A stretch of DNA of 64,000 bases from Tubulanus polymorphus. Its lineage: Eukaryota; Animalia; Nemertea. The stretch is from the NCBI RefSeq assembly GCF_964204645.1, contig NC_134031.1, forward strand, positions 6,572,001 through 6,636,000, in the 5' to 3' direction. The position numbers were made by a program, and so were the translations under genes. The stretch's first letter is position 1; each line of letters begins with the position of its first letter. This document shows, piece after piece, positions 13,495 through 25,485 of this stretch. The notes under the pieces are model-generated. The model saw nothing but the letters and a program-made list of their open reading frames with translations, was not told where the DNA came from and made no database searches.

Positions 13495-16351
13495 AGTAAA
13501 CGCCTAAAGTTACAATTGTAATTGTTATTTCGAAACGCCTATATTGATGACGTAGTGCACATCAGCTCACACAGAGCTCCTCAAATAACGCATACTAGGT
13601 ATCAATGTATATAAACATTATTGTACGGCGTCAAAAAGCTGTGTTCGTCGCAAGAGATATATTGATACGCATTTCGTATGAACAATAATTTTTTATGATT
13701 TAAGAAGTCAGTGGTATAGACCTTACGCACGCACGGGACGACGACGGATTCAGTCAAATTGCATTACACAATCCACTTGGAAATCAACGTTAAAACTTTA
13801 CATCATGAAATCCTCTCAATTTGTCTTAAAAGCATTGATTCGACAAGATCTTCGATCGGTCGCCGTTTCTGTATGCGCAAAAATCAAATGAGCAATTTGC
13901 AATTCAAAAGGATGTCGCTTACGTTAGTGTAAGTCGTCGAGTGTATGGGAGTGGAGGTATTTGAGTTTGTCTTCAAAAGATTCGGTAAACCAGTCGCCCG
14001 GCATCACCGCAAGCTGCATTCGCGTATATCTAATTACACCGAGCCGTTCTCAAATTATACCGTACTCTTACCCGGAATTTCCGAAGAATTCGCGCGCAAA
14101 TTATTATCTAATCATCCGAAAATAACAATAGGGCCTATACATAAAGGGGTGCATCAAAACTGGGTGTGAAAAATTTGACCATCCATGCGTGCGTCCTACG
14201 AATTGAACCTCACAGTGCCTTGGGCGCGTCCGAATTCATGAACATGTTTTTCTCGCATGCAAGGGCGTGAAAAACTACCAGAACCATCGACGAGTTTTGA
14301 TGTCTGTCAAAATTGATTCATTTTATACCGCCGGTTTTATTCAACGGATATTAATTAATTAGTCTGAAAGCGGTCTCTCGTTAATCTAAACGAATGTATA
14401 TATCGATCGAAACTATTTGACTTCGATACATTCTCGACGACCGGGGGGATGTTTTTCATTTTACGGCTGAACAACGGATTGATATCAATTTTTATCCTAC
14501 AGCGGTAATCATTCATACAAATGATCGCGCATTGATCTTTGATCATTGCCAACTGCATGATCTCGTACGGAAAAAGCTCGATAGAACGTTGAGTGCTCTT
14601 TCGCTATGTTCCCACAACAACACCTATATAAGCATATAAGCATGTTAATCAAGCTCGGTATTTTGATAGATTTTTCGAGTGCAACAAAGAGGACTCTTTG
14701 CCTTGAAATACGAGGGAGGACCCGGGTTCCCAAATAACGCGCCACCAAATAAACAACATACGATCACTTGACTACGATATATGCATCGATAAACAGTGAC
14801 CAATGAAAAGCCGTGGATCATCATCATTTGAGTATTCAAAGCTTTCAGAATAGTTGCGGGAATGACAGAACGATTTAGTGAACCTAATCAAATTACTAAT
14901 TTATCAATTGATCAGTGACAAAACTTTCCTAAGATTTAACAAACGGTTGACCTTATCCTGAATATCATGAGAAGTATTTAGCTGTCCCGATGAAAGGAAC
15001 TTGAATTTGAATAGTCTGTGTTAAATTTATGTTCATGCTTTTTAGTACATATGTTGCGTGTCGCGCAGTACGATCTCGACGGTACAGGTTGTGTAGGTAA
15101 TATTAAACTCAGACATATCATATTTGCCAACAACGCGAACTAACATATTTCTTTCATATCGAATACTGAGGTGCGGCATCACACTGGCGCGCTGTGTTAT
15201 TGACACGCTGCGTAATATAAAACGCCTTCGATTCGCGGTAACTTGAAATCAGATTCAAAAACGACAACGCTTTTTCAAGTGTTTGAAAACATCAACGGTT
15301 TTCCGTCGCAGCGCATATAAAGTGACATTAATATTGATGACAATGGGGTGGTGAAAATGAAACCTCACGCAAAAAAGTCGAGATCAAAACCATATGTACG
15401 TTCGAAGAGCCAACCAAAAAGCAAAAAATAATTTACCTCAATATCTGTATATGTGAAGGACCGCACAGAAGGTTACAGCATGTCTCTATTTTTGTGGATG
15501 TTGGGTAAAGGTCACACTTCTCGATTAAAGTTTTTTTTTGTGCCAGTCGTTATTAGAGAATCTGACATAAAGAAAACGACTTTCATATCCGAGATTATCC
15601 GAGTATTAGATATTCGGCGAGCTCTTTCTTGCAGATTTATCTGAAAGATTGAATTCTTTTTCGAGTAAAACTAAAAAGTGATTTTCTATAAGTATTTTTT
15701 TTTCAGGCGCATCTCTTACAATTCAATTCAAACTGAAAGTTTATTGCTCAACAATCGACATTTGCTAAGAGCGGATAAATACGATAAGGAAAAAAAAACA
15801 ATACAAGAAAATGGCATGCTCAAGTATACATAATACGACAGCAATGAACATCATTATTATGTTCCGATTAAGTTACTTAACACACCTATAGAGCACGCAG
15901 CAAGACATGATCCGAAACACGGAACAGAAGAGCTTTGTCTGGCTTTTCTATGGCTGTGTGCGTTTTGCCGAAACAAGAAACACGGTTTATCGAAGCGTTG
16001 TTGGTTTCGTAAAACACTAAACACTAGTTTCGCTGTCCGTGGTCAAAGAAGTTAAGCAAGAAACACCAGCTGCGCGTAAGTAACTGATGAAAATCACCGC
16101 CATTTCAATGACATGTGATATACGTCTTTTCTCATTGCTAGCGGTATTGTGGGCTTTTTGGTTTCTATGTTTCGCTGTGAACTATAGCGTGCTAACTTAA
16201 CATCGAAACGCATAAACGCAAATCTATGTTTCTGGGCTTTTGTGCACTATAGGCTTTAAATAATGAGTGAACGTGATCTTGCATAATCGAAAGGGGTTTC
16301 CACGGACAATTCAATTTTCCGTTTAAAGTAATTAAAGTAATTAATTATTGA

Positions 16352-16538
16352 TAATAATAATAATAATAATAATTATTATAATAATAATAATTATTATAAT
16401 AATTTATTTCTTATATAGCGCGTAACTAAGATAATAATCAAAGCCGCTGTACAAAGGGTTAATACATTTACATAAAATCAAGAACTTAAAAAGCATATGA
16501 TAAAACAGCAGGAGCAAAGACACAGTAAAATAGCTTAA
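16352..16538 (-). repeat. 3' UTR and (ATT)n tail of the L2-like LINE also present at 56890-57460
   Basis: Near-identical reverse complement of ~57168-57310. Confidence 0.8.
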
Positions 16539-17204
16539 ATTAATCGATTTTATTGTCCAAACTATTTTTTCCATGCGTCTTCGAGACTACGCACTTAAGT
16601 AAATATATCATTCCCATTTGCTTTTTCTGTTGACGTTCTCACATAGTTAGATAGCAAGTGTTAGCGTTTTTTTCTAACAGCTGGAATTTTTCCTTCGCTT
16701 TGTCGGATTTTTGATTAGTTTTCGAGACGCAGTGTTAATTACGGTGGAAGAAGAATTCGATGTTACACGGACGGAAATCAGAGGAAATTAACAGACATTC
16801 GAAGCAGTTATTTGGTCGCTGTTAGATCCTTCCCGGCAGCAGCGTTTTTTGCATGCCTATACTGGAAATACAAAATAAAAACTGCAATTGATTTGAAATT
16901 AATTTCGATCTCTATTCGCGTAGAAAAAGTATGGAGTAAGATAAATTCTTGTTCAGGATTTAATGGGCATTCGTCAAATATATGATGACTCCGACTCCAA
17001 ACGAGCCCTTGGCCCGACCAAAACGTCAGACCGGTCCTAGCCAGATTTTAGCACGGGTCAAATTTTTGCGTACGAAAATGCAACTGGTTCCGGAAGTAAG
17101 ATAAGATTTAAAAAAACCCACTATGTACAAATTAAAAATCGAATTTTGAAATCGAGAATTTATTTATTAAAATCGAGAACAAGCAACATTCTAAAATGTA
17201 GAAT

Positions 17205-17246
17205 ACACGACGTTTCGATCTCAACCTAGAGATCATCGTCAGGTGT
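17205..17246 (-). ncRNA. Minimal type I hammerhead ribozyme motif (Penelope-type)
   Basis: Minus strand ACAC-CTGACGA-t-gatctc(taggtt)gagatc-GAAA-CG-TC-GTGT: intact core, perfect stem II, stem I ACAC/GTGT, GUC cleavage triplet. Confidence 0.7.
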
Positions 17247-19140
17247 GAGATTATGACGAAAAACTGAGGGCATATATACAGAGGCGAATAGATTAATATT
17301 TCCTGATGGTAATGGTTCCGAAAGGGACTCTTCGCTTCGTTTAAGCATTGTTTAGTATCGCGTAGGTCGTTAACGAGCGAACGCGCTCTCAAGCACGGGC
17401 CAAATTTGACTCGGGCCTGATCCGAGCCAACTGTTTGATGTAAATCGCCGCTTTAGTTTCTGCTTGAAGTTGGAATTGAGTCTATTAAACAACCTGGAAT
17501 TACAGATTGACAGAACGGCTCTTAGAGTACATATCATATCGATATTCAAACGCTTCAGGTGCTCTCCCGTTACAGGTGTAAAACGCCGCGTGAAAAATGC
17601 CCGTTTTGCTCCGTAACGCAAGTTACTCGTGTTCGGTTTCAGAACATACATCGATGAATGTTTGCTGCCGCATTCACTCGCAGATTTACTGCGTGATAAA
17701 CATTTTATTTATGAGCTTATCGCGCGATATATGTACGGATCGAGCGAGAGCGCGGGGGTGAAATATCCGTGAGTTGAAACATACTCCCACTGTTGTATCG
17801 GCCACCGCAATTACGAGCGGCAACCAACTCAACTTTAGTAGGGGATACTCCTCTATAATTAAAAAGTAAGTGTGAATTTTGATTATTCATTTTACCAGAC
17901 CATCGAACAGTTTACATTGGAGCGTTGCTTTAATAGACCATTGTATCGTGCAAGGATTCATTTTGACGCCATAAAAACCGTTACGCTAATTTCTATATAC
18001 GTTGATACTTAGTATGGGTTGTCTAAAGGGTTCCGTGTGAGAGTCGATGTGAGAGACGATTTTTGAGGATGTGCACTGCGTCATCAATATATCGGAGCTA
18101 GACTGGTTGCCGGTCAATTCTATTAAATCGATATATTCAAATCCAAAAAAAAACTTAATCGATCCTAGATATCATATAATTTGTATCATATCATTTATTG
18201 TCGACAAAATGAAGCAATATATGCAGTGTTATTTTCAAGGCATCAGTAAACCCCCAAGTTGGTTTTCAAATTCAAAGATAAATGCTACGGGAATCATTAT
18301 CAATAGGGAGTGATTCTTGACTATTTGTAGAACTATATATAACGCTGATCTTGATTCGAACCGAATTTATTTCATTTTCGATCGATACGAAGCCGTGCGT
18401 CCGTGTAGAAAAGCAGCCTAATACTGTCCGTCGTATGCATTTCTATAACGCTCATTTCTTCTGCTATAAAACTACACTCTTCTGAAACACACGGGGTTAT
18501 GAATGACCTGCCAGATAGAGTCATCCGCAAATATCTTTGACACAATCAAGATTAATAAGCTTATTCGTATTTATGCATCCTATTTATGTATCCGCGAATA
18601 TCGTCAGTAGGCACGCATTGTTCGCTTTTTACCGCTTTTTACCATATTGCAATATGTAACATGTTGGGAACTCTTTGATGTAGCAAAAATCTTCGCATTA
18701 CTTGCCAGTAATCGAAATGCATATCGAAATGCACATTAGAAATAAAGAATGGGTAATGTTTTAGACTGACAAGGAAACTAAACTTGGAAGTTTATAGAAA
18801 AGTAACACATGCATTGCCTGGCATTATCGACACTGAATGGTATAACTCAATATTAAGGAGCAATAAAATTCGTTGGAATTTGGATACATCGACAGTTGAA
18901 TTGGATTGACCGGCAACCAGTCTAACCCCAAAATTGATGACGTATGGCACATCCACTCAAAACACATTATTGAAATGACATATAAAAACTTATTGAATAG
19001 AAAATATGCCTACAATATGAAATATTACAAAATGAACGCCAAAATTCACAACCGACATTTTGAAACGCCGATATTGATGACGTAGTGCACATCGACTCAT
19101 AAAGAACACCTTAGATATATTACGCACGCTAGGTATCAAT

Positions 19141-19472
19141 CATCCTCACTCGGCAGGGATTCGAACCTGATTTCATCGCTACACTCAGTCACGGCACGAA
19201 CCCCTGCCACAGTAGACCGGTTGCGCACGAAAATGCGCAGCTTTGCCGCGCGAAAACTTGCGGCAACAATCAGATTGCTTGTTGTATAATCGCTGAGGCA
19301 AATTTCACAGAAGAACTGCGAATGGGAAAACCCGGGCTGAAATAAAACGGGATATCTGATTGGCTCATAATGACATCATCTAACTGCGCACGCGATCTAG
19401 TGTGGCAGGGTTTCTTTCGTACCATGCCATCAGATTCGAATCCGGGGTTCGAATCCCTGCCGGGGGAGGATG
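19141..19472. mobile_element. Non-autonomous TIR element with 9-bp TSD (Mutator-like)
   Basis: TIRs catcct..cggcagggattcgaacc / ggttcgaatccctgccg..aggatg; flanks ggtatcaat (19132-19140) and gatatcaat (19473-19481); the empty site is visible in a paralogous repeat at ~13598-13606. Confidence 0.75.
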
Positions 19473-21657
19473 GATATCAATGCATATGAACATCACTATG
19501 ACGGTTTTTTAAGGGCGTAAAATATGAAAACTTGCAGTCAGATGAGCATCTGAAGTTATGAATGTAAGTCGATCCAGTTGAACAGATCTAATCTAGATCA
19601 TCGTAAACGATTGATTCGAATCAACATAATTATAACGAAATAACAACATTCTGTCAAATCGTATGCGTAAATCTGTGCTCGCGAGTTCATTGATACGAGA
19701 CTTTGTCGTACGTCACGTGTATGAGTAGCGAACCGCATTCCATTACGATAATTGCGAGCGTAATACAGGACGTAATAGAGTACGAAGTGGAGACAGGAGA
19801 CGAACAGTTCGAGTCCGAATCAATGAGACATATAATATACTGTTTTATCGGTTAATGCCCGTATAGAAATAGTAGGTGAACCAGTGCGAATATCGTCGTA
19901 AAATATCACGTCGATGTAAGGATAGCTCGGGGTGGTGTAATTTATCATTGAGTAACGCGACAAGTGCATTGCACTGTGTACGCGTTACAAATTGACTTTC
20001 GTGTTATATACACGTACGTATTTACATAATCAAATTCCACCAGTTCCCGAGAAAGTCTACTTGATTTCTTGATTAATTATTCATTTTATCGAATCTAGAT
20101 ATTGACCTTCTTCGGCGTACTAGTTCTCTGATTTTCCACCGAACACGCATGTTGTCTTTTATCTAATCGTCTAATCAATGAACATATTTCCAAAAAAAAT
20201 AGATAGAGATGCATTTGTCTTCTATACAAATCGAATGCTTACACAACAATCGGGCGATCCACAAAAACCTCTTAAAATCCAAAGATTCGTAGAGTAGCCG
20301 TGTTAGCCGGGTATAGAATGAATAACGAGACAAATAGTACTAAAGGTTAACTATATTTATTGTACGCACGAGCTTTCGCTTCTATACATTAGTAGCGAAA
20401 AGCTCGTTCGTCAAATAAATAGTTAACCTATAGAGTACATGTAGTCTCATTATCTATCAACATCCAAAGCAAACCCGACGCCTCTGCTTCGCAATAGACA
20501 TCTACATGTGTTTTAGTATGCTTTTGAGAGATTTGCGAATGACGTTGCGTTCGAACGAACTAACTTCGTGCGAATGGACAATAAAGCGTATATTTGAAGG
20601 CATTGTAGACTACCCCTCGAGGCTCGGGCGGTGTGGTGGCCCTCTTAAAGGACAACCTCTCACTCTCCAATCATAACAAATTCATCAGTATTATTTAGGC
20701 GGGTGCCGGTTCCGGAGCGGAGGAAAATTAAGACCGTTTTGTCTGATTTCTGATGATTCACGGGTGATCGGGTGCGTCTCGACGAACGGCGGATGATAAT
20801 TCTGCGGCAAACAGACGACTGTTGCAGGAAGCGCCGCGGCAATCATCGAGTTGCAGCTCCCAATCAAACATCATAGCCACATCATTTTAAGCTTTGAGTG
20901 TCGCCGCGATTGACTCGCTCGGCATTGTGTGATCGATCTTAATAAAAGTATTGACGCCTTCGAAATTGAGTTTGCCAGTGAATGCTTTCGTTTTATGCGT
21001 AATAAAGGAATTTTGTTGCCAGAACATCTTTATTGTAAACCCAATTATTCTCTGGCTGTCCTCGGTGATTTATTTCGGTAGGGGTACAACAAATACCGCA
21101 TCTATACGCAGCCGGGGTACTTTTGTGTGCAGCAATAACCAGTGGCATTGTGGCTTTTCACCAGTTCTGTGTACGTACTACTGTGACAACATGCAATGAA
21201 ATTATTCGCCGGCAACATTTGTCAATAATGCGTAGCGAGCTAATTCAGAATGGTACGCGTCTCGCGCACATGAAGTGATAACCCGATCAGCTCTTGGTAG
21301 AGGCGCTGATTAATTAGCCGAAATATTTACGCTGTACAAATTAAGTAAAAATCAATGACGCGAATGTCGCTCGGAAAGACACGGCATTCGAAACGCGATA
21401 TGTCTGCGGAAAAACAAAAAAAAATTTAACGAAACCAATATTCCGAAAATGTTTCGACAATGTATCACATTATTTCAGTCATTTTGATGCTACATTGATC
21501 ACAGACAGCAACCGACTTGCGTAATCGGTTACTTGTATAAGTACTGATTTGGTGTAACTGATATATAGAATATATCATTTTTAGTATTTATAGAAGGGAG
21601 TATTGTTCCATAAGATGAGGGCTCAGGACATATGACCTGATCAATCAAGGTCCTGTG

Positions 21658-21805
<148 letters not shown>

Positions 21806-24800
21806 TTCAATCCTGGTTGCTCGCTTTAGCGGCCTTTTAGGCTTTGCTTGGCCCTCATAGAAAATCATACATATACATTTATAACTGGTCATGGTCAGTA
21901 GTGATAATGATAATAATGCCTAGCCTCCTGGCTTTTGTTCTTAGGTTTTAGGTGTCAGCTAATAAGTTATTATTTCGTCACCAACAATCCCTAGTTTCTC
22001 GTTTCTGAGCTTGGAATTTGTATCATTATCATAAAAGTTTTCTACTTTATGAATGGAGAAATTTTTGCCGAGTGAAACGATCCATTTCTGTTGTAAGCTT
22101 CGGTTAACATTAATCAAAAATCCAGTCGTCTTATGAGCGCTCGCAAAACGTAATTTCAGAATAGAAATGACATTATCACAGTTCTTCCCCGGTAACTGTC
22201 TCCTAGAAACAGTGACCACAGTGCGAGTGTAAAAGATGCAACGGAAATTCTTGAAACCGTCGACGTCAAAAAGAATCCAGTATTATATCTGTCGGGCATT
22301 ACGTCGTTGCTAAAGCAATTTCCCCATTATGTCTAAGAGCAACAATAAATGAGTGGTCTAAAAACCGCACGAATGGCTACTGGAAATCGGCATAGAAAGC
22401 CCGTACAAAAAATAGCCGGCTACAACCGGCGTGTGATCTGCGCGGACGTGACAAATTATTGATGATATCAATATGAAGGAAAGGAAGTCTGTTGGCTTTC
22501 AGCGGCGTTGACTGTATGTCCCTCCGACTAGATCAATCAATCGGTAGGTATCTCCGAGACAGGTGATGATAACGCAGCAGAGACCGTGTTACAAATTGAA
22601 CACGTCCTGCAGAGTCGATTATCACACGCACAGTACTATACCGCTACTAAATTTGCTATTTTGCTATTCCGCGGCCAGATTTTCAACACCGCCTACCTCC
22701 TCCCTCTCGATTGACCTCCAGCGATGGTAACATCGATCGATTTCACCGTTTACTGTTTTACTCTGTTTCGATAGAATGCTTCCGAGGCTTTGGCAGGGAC
22801 ATCCGATCTCGGAATTCTTTTTTAACCGTCCAATCATTCAAAGACTTCGAACAACCTTTCTTAGTTTTCGATTTCTGAGGATTCCGAGGCATCGAGAAAC
22901 GCGTCCTGCTGATTCGATTATCACACTCGCAATACTCTGTTCTAATCGAGATACCGCTACCAAAACTGTTTGCTATTCCGCGGCAAAATTTCAATACCGC
23001 CCATCGCCTCCCTCTTGATTGACCTCCAGTGATGGTAACATTGATTGATTTCACCGTTCACTTTTTCACTCGGTTTCGATCGAACGCTTTCTTTGTTGAT
23101 ACATGTTTTGTGTCACAATTCAATTATCTAATATCATCGAAAGTCGTCTAATGCTTTCACAAGTTCCGAGCATCTTTTGTTCCTTCAAGGTCTCGTGTTA
23201 TAAGATAGCTTCGATTGAACGCTTTCGTTTTCGCTTGGCTTTGTAAGGGATATCCGATCTCGAGATCTTTTTTTTGAACCGAACAATCGTTCAAAGACTT
23301 TGAACGACCTTTCGTATTTTCTGAAAATTCCGAGGCGTCGAGTAAGTTTTGCGAGGAGTGAAATTAGACGATTTAAAAAAAAAATGTCGAGTAGACGATC
23401 AGCGGCAATCCCTGGAAGGTAACAATAAGAGTACACGTGATAAATGTGCGTAATGTTCCGTCTATTTTCAGCTTGTAGATCGTAATGAGAGAAGTGTCGG
23501 TGATTATCTGTAGTAAATACAATCGGAATCTCACGTTCCCGGAGCTGTTAATGGCTATTTAAATCGTCAACGAAGAGAAAGTTGCTCGGGTGAAAGTCTC
23601 CATGTATAGGTAGGTGAAATATTCGCTAGTCACGGGCGGATCATTCATAAATTGGCATTGTGCGTGCGAATTATCTTACGTTTCGGGGTAGTATAGGCCA
23701 TTTTATATATAGAGCAAGTAATCTGCAAGCACCCGTAAATTTCCTACATGTGTTAGGTTGGAAGATCTTCGGTTGATGGCAATTTCCAATGTGGGGTTAC
23801 TAGTCACAGGTATAGAGCCAGGAACGAAGCGTAAGAGTCGAATATATGCGTGTTGTAGAGATTTAATGAGTCGTCGATGATAAATGATAAAATGAGAATT
23901 TAGCATAATCGGGGGTTAGTTTATATTTGGTTAGTAACAAGAAACATGATGTGACATATATAATCTGATTAATCGTGGTTGATACGTTGAATGTAACGAT
24001 TGAGAGAATTGGGAAGAACCGATTAAGAATTACGGGCACTCACCGGGATCGAAGCCGGGTCTTGTACGTAGAAAGCAAGCGTGCTAACCTGTACACCAAA
24101 AGAACTACAGGGGTCGTCCACTTGGCCAGTGGTTACACAGCTTGTCCTATAATATATGTAAAACATGTATTATAAAAGTAGTATTTGAATTTGAGTGGAA
24201 GCCAGTGATGGATGAGCTGAGGCCATATTCACGCAGTACGCACCTGCAAGCCCACGTGACACGTATGTCTGACTGTAAAGTTCGAAGCACCCGTAACTCA
24301 CTTGTCACGTAAGATTTACGGTCGAACTTACGCGCAAACTTACGGGTGAACTTTACGTGCAAACACACGGGTTTTTTCGCAAATACCACGTAGATAGTCT
24401 ATGTAAATCTGCACGTAAGTTCTTCCGTGAATCTTACGTAACAAATTACGGGTGCTTCGTGAATACGGTCTGAAAGAGTGAAAGAGAGGGCGACCGAGGT
24501 GACGAAGACCTTGGCAGAAGAGACGTGAGTAGCATAGATAGAAAAGTGAGAGAACGGACCGACTGAGAGTGGACAGGGGGAAAGGGATATAGTGTCTTGC
24601 AGCTAAAGAACCTGGAAATCCTAATTATGTTCCTACGTTAGGAAAAAATCAAAGAGAAGAATCATTGCTTTTTGATCGTTAGTTGTTCGCGGGATCGCGT
24701 TGATGCGATCACTACGGAATTACATGTTACGAAAGAGGAGATAGTACCGTGTAAATCGATCGATCCCTATCGATAAATAAGACACCAGCAACAGTCATCG

Positions 24801-25485
24801 CTAACTATGGTTAGAGAATAGCACGTAAGCGTATTGCGAGTATAATGCGGGAAGATATATGAAAGATTTTACCCTAAACGTCAGTCGACACATGTTTTGC
24901 GTCTCAAAGATCTTTATATGCTATCAAAAGTCATTTGCTCTATGCTTTTAAATTCTGAGCATCTTTTGTTCCTTTAAGGTTTCGCCTTGAAAGAAGGCTT
25001 CGATGAAATATCTCGTGCTTTACGGAAAAAAGGGATTACATTTCTTTCATGTACGTGGTTTACATGTACGTTGTATACGAGACATCCTTTCATTTAACAG
25101 TATAATCGTCACCTTCATGCGAAAATTAAAACTAATCACTTAAACTTTTGTCACAGAATAAAATATACGAATTTTCACCTCGTTTTTACCGAACTCAAAA
25201 CTGGTACCCTTTCAGTGCGTCTACACCGTTTTTTGGCGATGACTATATCGTATCACGGTGTATTGATGTTATTAGTATATAATTAGCTATTATTTCGAAA
25301 GATGGCAGCACCTGACAAACAGTGAGATATTGGTAACTTTTATACCAATTAACTGCACTACATAGCGGACCACCGCGGTTGACTTTTTAGAATTTTCAAA
25401 TCATCTCCAGCAATTTTAGTCAGCACTGAAAGGATACTATATATAAGTTGTAAAAGTACGTTTGTTTTACGTTTCAGTGTTTGAG

